Source: Eledone cirrhosa
Lineage: Eukaryota
DNA: 64,000 nucleotides
Reading direction: 5' to 3'
Assembly (NCBI GenBank): GCA_964016885.1
Contig: OZ024741.1
Span: 318,370,001 to 318,434,000, forward strand
Shown: piece after piece, positions 56,268 to 64,000 of the stretch
Layout: each line of letters opens with the position of its first letter
Numbering within the stretch: position 1 is the first letter of the stretch
Program-made: the position numbers and the translations under genes
The notes under the pieces: model-generated
Told to the model about the DNA's origin: nothing
Database searches by the model: none
What the model saw: only the letters and a program-made list of their open reading frames with translations

Positions 56268-56790
56268 GTTTGTCATTTTTGGAACAAGGCCAGCAATTTT
56301 AGGAGAGAAGGGAAAGTCGATAATATCGACCCTAGTATTTACTAGTATTTGGATTTATCGACCTTGAATGGTGTAAATGAATAAATAATTGTTTCTACTT
56401 TTTGGCAGCACAAGGCCAGCAATTAACCCAGTGCATTACTGGTGCTTTATTTTATCGACTCCGTAAGGATGAAAGCAAAGCTAACCTCGGCGGGATTTGA
56501 AGTCAGAACGTAAAGGGCCATAACTCTATGCTGCAAAGCATGATTTTCTGACGCTCAACCGATACTGCCAATCCACCGCCCTTTGTAAAAGAATAAATAA
56601 TTGTTTCTACTTTTGGCACAAGGCCAGCAATTATATATCAGTGTATTACTGGTACTTTAATTTATCGACCCCTAAGGATGAAAGGCAAAGTTAAACTCAG
56701 CGGGATTCGAACTCAGACCGTAAAGGGCCGTAACTCTATGTTGCACAGCATGGTGTCCGATCCTCTAACGATACTGCCAATCTACCACCA
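56262..56790 (-). mobile_element. Head-to-tail trimer of SINE family A with (AAAT)n tail
   Basis: Three consecutive AATTGTTT..AAGGCCAGCAATT units. Confidence 0.85.
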
Positions 56791-57263
56791 GAATAAATAA
56801 TAGATGCAAGCATGGCTAGATTGTTTCAGAGTTGGTTTCACAGCCACGTGGTTCGGTTCAAACCTTCTGCGCAGCACCGTAAACAAGTATCTTCTATAAT
56901 ATTATATATATAGTCTCGAGTTAACAAAATGCCGTGAGTGGAATTTAACCGTTTGACTTAGCTCAAAACTACGAGGCGGTTTCCTTGCTTTGGAATCGGT
57001 AGTAGTGTGGAGTTGAATCAAACCGATAAATATAATACTCAACTTCCACATCATGTGTTGATTACGTCTTTCTACCGTTTGTACCCACAAATATACACAT
57101 ACACACATATTCACACACACACACACGTATATGTATATATATATATATATATATCATCGTTTAACGTCTATCTTCCACGCTAGCATGGGTTAGATGGGAA
57201 TATATATATATTGTATAAAATACATGGCGAACTGGCCTATAGCTTCTAAGGTACTCGGAGTTC

Positions 57264-57294
<31 letters not shown>

Positions 57295-57442
57295 CATGTC
57301 TGTGCGTGTGTGTTAATGTGTCCATTTGTGTGTGTCTCTGTTTACGTTTGTGTTTGTGTCTGTGTCAGTGGGTTAATGTCCCATGACTTAGTGGTTCGAC
57401 AAAACCGAGTTTGATAAAATACGTACCAAACTTTAAATATAT

Positions 57443-57500
<58 letters not shown>

Positions 57501-57585
57501 TGAAGTCGATATGATCGACTAAATGAAGACAGCGCCCCAGCATGGTCGTAGTCTAGTGACTGAAACCGGCAAAAGAATGAACGAA

Positions 57586-57617
<32 letters not shown>

Positions 57618-57875
57618 AGATTACAAAAACAATCCAGCGTTTTTTTTTGTTTTTTTTGCATCTTTTTTGTCGTATCAGTATTTTTATTAGAACGTTTTTT
57701 ATCGTTTGTTTTGTTTTTTATTTTAACTCTTTATGATGTTTGTTGTTGTTTTTCGAGCCTCGTCTGCCAACACTCACTGCCACCACAGTAATCAATACTA
57801 ATTTATCAATGAAGCTTTTTTCTTTCTTTCTTTCTTCTCTCTTCTACGTTACGTTTGTCTTTTTCACCGATAAAT

Positions 57876-57961
57876 CTACTCGTTAGCGTTTCTTTCATCG
57901 ATATCTGCAATAACAGAGCTCTGTTCTTTTTCTTCGCAGAATTTCACAGTATTTTGTCTTT
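57876..57961 (-). CDS. Candidate terminal coding exon (..RQNTVKFCEEKEQSSVIADIDERNANE*)
   Basis: TTTGTTTCCACCAG acceptor; 27 codons with protein-like composition, then TAG; no homology recognised. Confidence 0.25.
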
Positions 57962-58819
57962 CTGGTGGAAACAAACCACCCCCACCACCACCCCCACCAT
58001 ACCGCACACATATACAAAAAACAACAAAAGACAAGATAAGAAAGAAAAAAAACTGAGTGAAAAGGCTAAATGGAGTTGTGTTTTACTAAATTCGATGATT
58101 TTAGATGGAAGAATTTGTCTAGTTAAAGCGACAAATATATTATTAAAATGTCATCGAGAGCGAAAAGAAATGAATTAATTAATAAATATCATGAGAACTA
58201 GAGAAAAAAAATGTCGTTAGTTCGTAACTTGAAGGTGCATGATCTGGTGGTTAAATGGTTGTACTAACAATTATATGATTGTGGGGTCAATTCCTTGACT
58301 GGGTGGGACGTTGTGTGTGTATCTGCGTTCCAGTGAAACGTTTCTTTCGTTCTCTCTCACTCCAATATAATGAAAGTCCGTGACCTAGTGATTAGACTGT
58401 TGGTTTCACGATCATAAGGTTGTAGGTTCGATTCCGGGACGACGCGTTATGTTCTTGAGTAAATAATTTCATTTCACCTTTCTTTACATTATAAGACTAG
58501 GGCCCTTTGTAGAAGCGAACATTTAAACCTACATAGGTGTGAGCTACAAAAACAAGATGATAGGATACCAGAGAAATATCTTGAGATAGAAACTCGTAAG
58601 AAGCCAACTAAATCTACATATTTGTAAGCTGGAACAACTACAACAATTGAGGTCCCTATCATTAGAACCTAATATGGATTGCATGTGAATTTAACATAAC
58701 AGTAAATTTCTCTAACGCGAAACGTATGATTATAGATAAAAACGGTGGTACTATGATGTAGCTGATCATTGAAGGAGAAGCAATGGTGTGTGTACAGAAA
58801 TTTAGATATCTATATAATG

Positions 58820-58914
58820 GTTAGTTGTGATATATGCGGTCTCCTGTCGAACGAATAAGCAACCCCGAACCAACAGCGGTAAACTACTAAGAGAGATGGC
58901 GAAATGGATGACAC
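58820..58914 (+). ncRNA. Decayed HDV-like ribozyme
   Basis: P1 GTTAGTT/AACGAAT, P2 GTGATATAT/ATGGATGAC (imperfect), P3 CGG/TCG, L3 TCTCCTG, J4/2 GGCGAA. Confidence 0.4.
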
Positions 58915-59560
58915 TGTTGGCTCCCAAGAAAACTCTCACAACTCGGTGATGTAGCTATGACGAAGCGAGTAAAGATCACCTCTAAAGAAGCCTAGTCCTC
59001 GAGTCTGAGAAAAGTACCAAACTGGTGACTGGCGAAAATAAGACCACCAAAACACTTATGTTTATATGCAATAAAAGCATTCATACCACATCGTCTTTCG
59101 CGCGGGATAACAAGGGACGCGTTCAGGCCTTAGGTAGAGGGGCCTGTTTGAAAAATACATTGCAGTCTCCATCCAACGTTTCAAGAACTGGCGATGGGTC
59201 TGCGATCTGTCCTAGGAGGTTACGTATCCTGAGACCTTAAAGAGGGTTCGGAAAAGAGTAAATCCTAACAATTGGCAACTGGAACGTTACAAGCTTACAG
59301 ATAAGGAGCCGGAACTCGTGGAGGAGGTTAGATATAGTCAGAGCTTATCAACAAAGTTCAATGACTCTGGCACTATATATTCGGATGGAGAATGGGAACT
59401 CCACTATTTAGAGATAGCGCCAGAAAAGAATGCACAGGCAAGCGTGGAGATACTCACCCTGACTGTCAGAATCACCCCGTAGGAAGCGAAGATTTGTCCC
59501 TTGTCGGTTGAGTATTGTGAAGTAAGTATTCATACCGAATGCTCACATTATTCGGTATAA
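58820..59560 (+). mobile_element. Decayed RTE-clade LINE 5' part (UTR plus APE start)
   Basis: ILTIGNWNVTSL..DKEPELVEE at about 59262-59326; HDV-like fold at the 5' end. Confidence 0.7.
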
Positions 59561-60543
59561 CCTCAATATTTTTACGAAGATTAGGGTACTCAGAGTTTAT
59601 GTGTGGTCGGTATTCTGGTTTGGTTGCGAGATATAACCTATGACAAGGGGTATTATGAGAAAAATAGAAGTTTTGGGTATATGGGGGCTACCGCTGGGTA
59701 TTGAAAACTCCTTTGACCGAGAAAGTAACTCTAACGTACTGGACATGATGCGATTGGATGGCTCGATACTGCTATGAGACATTAGAGACAAGAATTACAA
59801 TAATACGTGGTTCTGCTGGGATGGATTTGAAGTGAATGCAATGACTGAGACGAACACTGGATCAGACTGCAAACGAATTGCTTGGTTTGATTGCGTGGAA
59901 ACATCGGCAATACATTTATTAAGCTGGACGATATGGTTAAGTATGGAGAAGAATTGTTCATTGCATATTTGCCGACCATCAGACATGGTGAGGTATGATC
60001 ATCATCATCATCACGAAAATATCCAAGAAGTCTTCTGTGAGATACAACGTCGTAAGAAACCAGTTAAATCTGCTATTGTTTTGGGTTTTACACTTTAGTA
60101 TGTAGCGAAATCATGCCTTGTTATGTTTTACGAAACTACCAGCGTATTTTCGTATCATGCGATAAGTGACTAGGGTTAGCTTCGCTATAACAGAGAGGAC
60201 ACCAGACCAGTCACTATCTCACTGAAACTAGGTTTCGGATGATCCCGTTTAGGGTGAAAGCAGAAATTAATTGCTTGAACTTTTAATCTGTACTAATAAT
60301 AAATATTTGCTTTACCGGTTTATACGAGTATATAAGTATATATATTCAACCCTTATTAAGTACTCGTTGGATTTTAATCTTTGTATTTATTATTACTATA
60401 TATAGGTTCCCGAGTTGTATCGGGGGGTAACAACAGTTAAAAAGTGTACTCAATACGTTGGGAGAGGAGACTGCCTATGCAGTCTCATCTCATTAGTCGA
60501 TCGCTGGAGAGACGTTATACACATACACACACACACACACACA

Positions 60544-60699
60544 GAACCCCGACAGCTAGATCCGAGTTCGGATCTAGCTGTCGAAACGGCCGGAGCTCAG
60601 CCGTTGGGGTCCTGACTCTTTTCCTATTACCCACTCTACTACCCTAAGTACTGAGTACTCTGGTGCGTTATGGTTCACCTGGTATCTTACCACACCCTC

Positions 60700-60702
<3 letters not shown>
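60544..60702 (+). mobile_element. Copy of the 4224 family
   Basis: Hairpin GACAGCTAGATCCGA gt TCGGATCTAGCTGTC-GAAA-CGGCCG plus the shared tail. Confidence 0.75.
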
Positions 60703-60739
<37 letters not shown>

Positions 60740-61247
60740 GTATACATCGGTAGATATTTGTGAGTGGGAAAGAGAGAAATTATGTTAAGAGTTATGTATG
60801 TGTTTCTGTCCGCGATAGTGGTCAGAATCAATTTTATCTGGTTTATAGGGTAGTGAGGTGGGGTTACATAAGAATAACGCATTTCATCCATTACTTAAGG
60901 CTTCATCTTGATAACGTAATTGGATACATCTATCTCACTTAAATTCAATTTCAGTAGACCTACCTTGAGTCAGTACATACCGTCCTTCCTTCTCTACATT
61001 TCTTTCTCTCTCCAGCCCCCGCACACATCTTCCTCCTCTTCAATCCTTCCTGGCTCTTCTACAGACTTTCCATCTTCCCCTTCACACTTTCCTCTTTTCT
61101 CGCTTCCCTTCGCCCCTCTTCACACTTTACTTGTTTCTCTATAGACCTTCCTCGCTCCACTACAGATCTTCCTGTACAACACTCACTAAAATTAAGATGG
61201 TTACCTCAATATCTATTTGAGCATCGTACACACATACAGTGAACACA

Positions 61248-61745
61248 GGTGATCTAGTGGTTAGGGTGTTCGATTTACGATTGTAAGATCATGAATTTGA
61301 TTCCTGGCAGCAGGACAACTTTATATCCCGTTTGCTGCAGTCCACTCAGTTGGAAAAAATAGTTGTGTCTGTGAATCAAAGGGCCAGCCTTATCACATAA
61401 TGTGCCACACCGAATCTCCCTGAGAACTATGTTATTGGTGAACTTGTCTATGGAATTCTCAGCCACTTGCCCGTCAATTTCACTAGCAGACTATTTCACT
61501 GATCACAGACCTGCCAACCTCTAAAAACCTAAACGAAGAGTACCATGAAAAAAAGTACCCCCAAACGGGGAGAAATAAGGCAAAATGGAGAGATTCTACA
61601 TAATAAAAGCTATACACATTTTCCCAAGAGTAGACATCTCTCACCCACCCCAAAGTGGGTGATCTTCCTGTCGGACGGGGAGAGTTGACAGGTCTGCGAT
61701 CGCCTCAACTAGAACACTCGTCGTTAGAACTGACGAAGGTCCAAC
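61248..61745 (+). mobile_element. SINE family B copy interrupted by an hAT-like MITE (61506-61696)
   Basis: CTAGTGGTTAGGGTG head and CAGTCCACTCAG; MITE TIRs CAGACCTGCCAAC / GTTGACAGGTCTG. Confidence 0.75.
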
Positions 61746-62074
61746 AACGCACATATATCTATCTACATTTTCAACTGACAGGGAATTGATTTATTGAAAT
61801 GTTTAACGTTTAAACAGCAGGAGAAGGCTGAGACCGTGTATTGCCCTACCTGGACAACAGTTTCAAGCCAAGATAAATGTCGGAACTAAAATAATTCTCA
61901 ATTACTTTCGACGGTGAAATGGTAGTTTCATAGTTATTATCTACGAATATTTCTTCGAAATGGAGAATGGCAGGGAAATTTACTCTAATTCAAGTATAAA
62001 TGATGTCGCCCTCTTGAAATTTAATGTCCAAATCTCTGAAAAGTCATGTCTAATGTAGACGAAAATATGACTTC

Positions 62075-62430
62075 CTGGTTAAAGAGTTCAGTTGGCAACC
62101 ACATCGTTTCAGGTTCACTCGTACTACGTGGCATCTCAAGCAGGAGTCTTCTACTATAGCCTCGGGTTGACTAATGCCTCATGAGACGGAAACTGTGAAG
62201 AATCCTGTCATATATATTAGATATGTGTGTGTGCGTTTGTTTCCATTTTCGTATTATCGTTACTGTTTATTTATGTCCCGTAACTCGACAATTAGAGAAC
62301 GATACAATAAGTACCAGATTTGGGAAAAAAACAACAAAACAAATACTGGGGTCGATATTATCAACTAAAATCTCGTGAAGGTGATGCCACAGCATGACCA
62401 CAGTCAAATGACTGACACCAGTAAAAGAGA
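62075..62430 (+). mobile_element. SINE family C copy (related pieces at 18875, 22620, 31970, 35708, 37250, 43540, 56812, 57380)
   Basis: GGTTCACTCGTACTACGTGGCATC..TCTTCTACTATAGCCTCGGG, internal (TG)n, 3' AAGGTGATGCCACAGCATGACC. Confidence 0.65.
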
Positions 62431-63054
62431 AAAAAGATGCGTATTCTCTACTCAATCTCATTTAATAAATATACATAAACCTCCGCACCATCACTACCAT
62501 TGCCACTACCCACATTCATATATACTTCAATCTATCCAATCCATATATTTTATCTATCTCTCCATATATATATAATGTATCCATCCATATTTGTATCTAT
62601 CTATCCATCTATATATATAAATTAAAGAAACCCATTTAAATCTGAGAAAATTTTACATTTCCTCTATTTAAAACTCATTTTCCTTTTCTAAGTTCGATTG
62701 TTACTATTTGTTACTTATAGTTTATTTTTGTTTTTGTTTTTATTGTTGTGTTGATTTCTGTCTTCTCGTAGCTTCCATTATAACTCAGTGAATGTAGCTG
62801 CTATATAATTGGTGTTTTGTGAAATATCAAAAGACATACTTGATTCACGAACTGAATTTTCCTTTTTAGCTAGCGTTCTAATTAATTGAAAAATGTTGCT
62901 TTAGTAGCAGTTGCTGCCATAACGACTAGTAGTGGTTTACTTCTGTAAATTAATTTTAGCATCAAAAATACTAGTTAATAGATTTGAAATTGGTGGTTAG
63001 GTAATTCCGTTCATGATAATAATGGTTTCATTTATTAGCCACAAGGGTCATGAT

Positions 63055-63235
63055 AATAATTGTTTCTACTTTAGGCACAAGGCCAGCAATTACCCAGTGC
63101 ATTACTGGTACTTTATTTTATCGACCCCGTAAGGATGAAAGGCAAAGTCAACCTCGGCGGGATTTGAACTCAGATCGTAAAGGGACGTAACTATGCTGGA
63201 AAGCATGGCGTCCGACCCTCTACCGATACTGCCAA
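63055..63235 (-). mobile_element. SINE family A, near-consensus copy
   Basis: Matches 461-646. Confidence 0.85.
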
Positions 63236-64000
63236 ATGTCGTGAATTCGATTCCCGACTGCGTATTATGTACTTGCGCAAGCCACTTTATGTTGTTCCAA
63301 TCCACTTAACTGTATAAATGGGTGGATCTATAATTTACGATCGTAAGGTTATGAGTTCTATTCCCAGCAGTGCATTGTATCTTTGAATAAGAAGAAAGAC
63401 ACTTTATTTTGCGTTACACCATTAGAAAGTATAATTGCACAGCCAGCTACGAATAATATTTATAAACAAACACCAAGAGACACCCTTCTATCTGCAATGC
63501 TAATCTTTTCAAACTGGCTTTCATAAAATATTCAGGCTATTTCTATTGACGGCAGTTTAGCTAATCCATCATTGAAATGTTAACACTTAACAACAATTAA
63601 AAAAAGTAGAGAATTATGAAGAAACATTAACAATGTCATTTTAGTCTAAAACTATTGATATTGTCAGATTTTTTCTATGAAACAATTCATTTCAAGAACA
63701 TAGAATAATTGACAAAATTGTTGAGTGATTAATTTTTATGAACTGTCTAAACAGAATGTTTATTCAGTGAGAGTTTGTCTCCCCTCCTCCTCATCCCCAT
63801 GTAAAGTAGTTATTTTGTTCCTGAAAATAGATACAATAGTATATGAGAGGAAAAATGTAAAAAGCCGATCGTCAGATCGGACCAAGGAAGAAAAAAGAAA
63901 ATATATGAAATAAAACAATATATTTTATTATCTGGAATGGTGCTGTGTTATAATGAATGCCACTGCGGACCATTTGTTAGCCGTGAAGCATGCATCGGCA

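Noticed and set aside
61850-62035. Minus-strand exon-like frame (DLDIKFQEGDIIYT*IRV...) with an in-frame TGA
   Set aside because: The SH3-like resemblance is only a few residues, no SECIS was seen, and its phase is incompatible with the 57961 candidate exon.

Overview
Eukaryotic, very AT-rich, microsatellite-dense intronic or intergenic DNA. The repeat content looks cephalopod, probably Octopus (inferred from the SINE families). Nearly all ORFs in the supplied track are (TA)n/(CA)n/(GA)n artefacts, and no intact host gene is recognisable; there are only weak exon candidates. The window holds many tRNA-derived SINEs, decayed RTE- and CRE-clade LINEs, a decayed Penelope-like (GIY-YIG) element, mariner and hAT MITEs, and minisatellites. 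The main signal is more than a dozen short fold-back (head-to-head inverted) inserts from unrelated families, embedded in (TA)n tracts. Many carry minimal type I hammerhead ribozyme motifs and an asymmetric terminal 'tail', consistent with non-autonomous Penelope-like retroelements primed from both sides of a break in (TA)n. Separately, three RTE-like LINE 5' ends carry decayed HDV-like ribozyme folds. All coordinates and pairings were read by eye.
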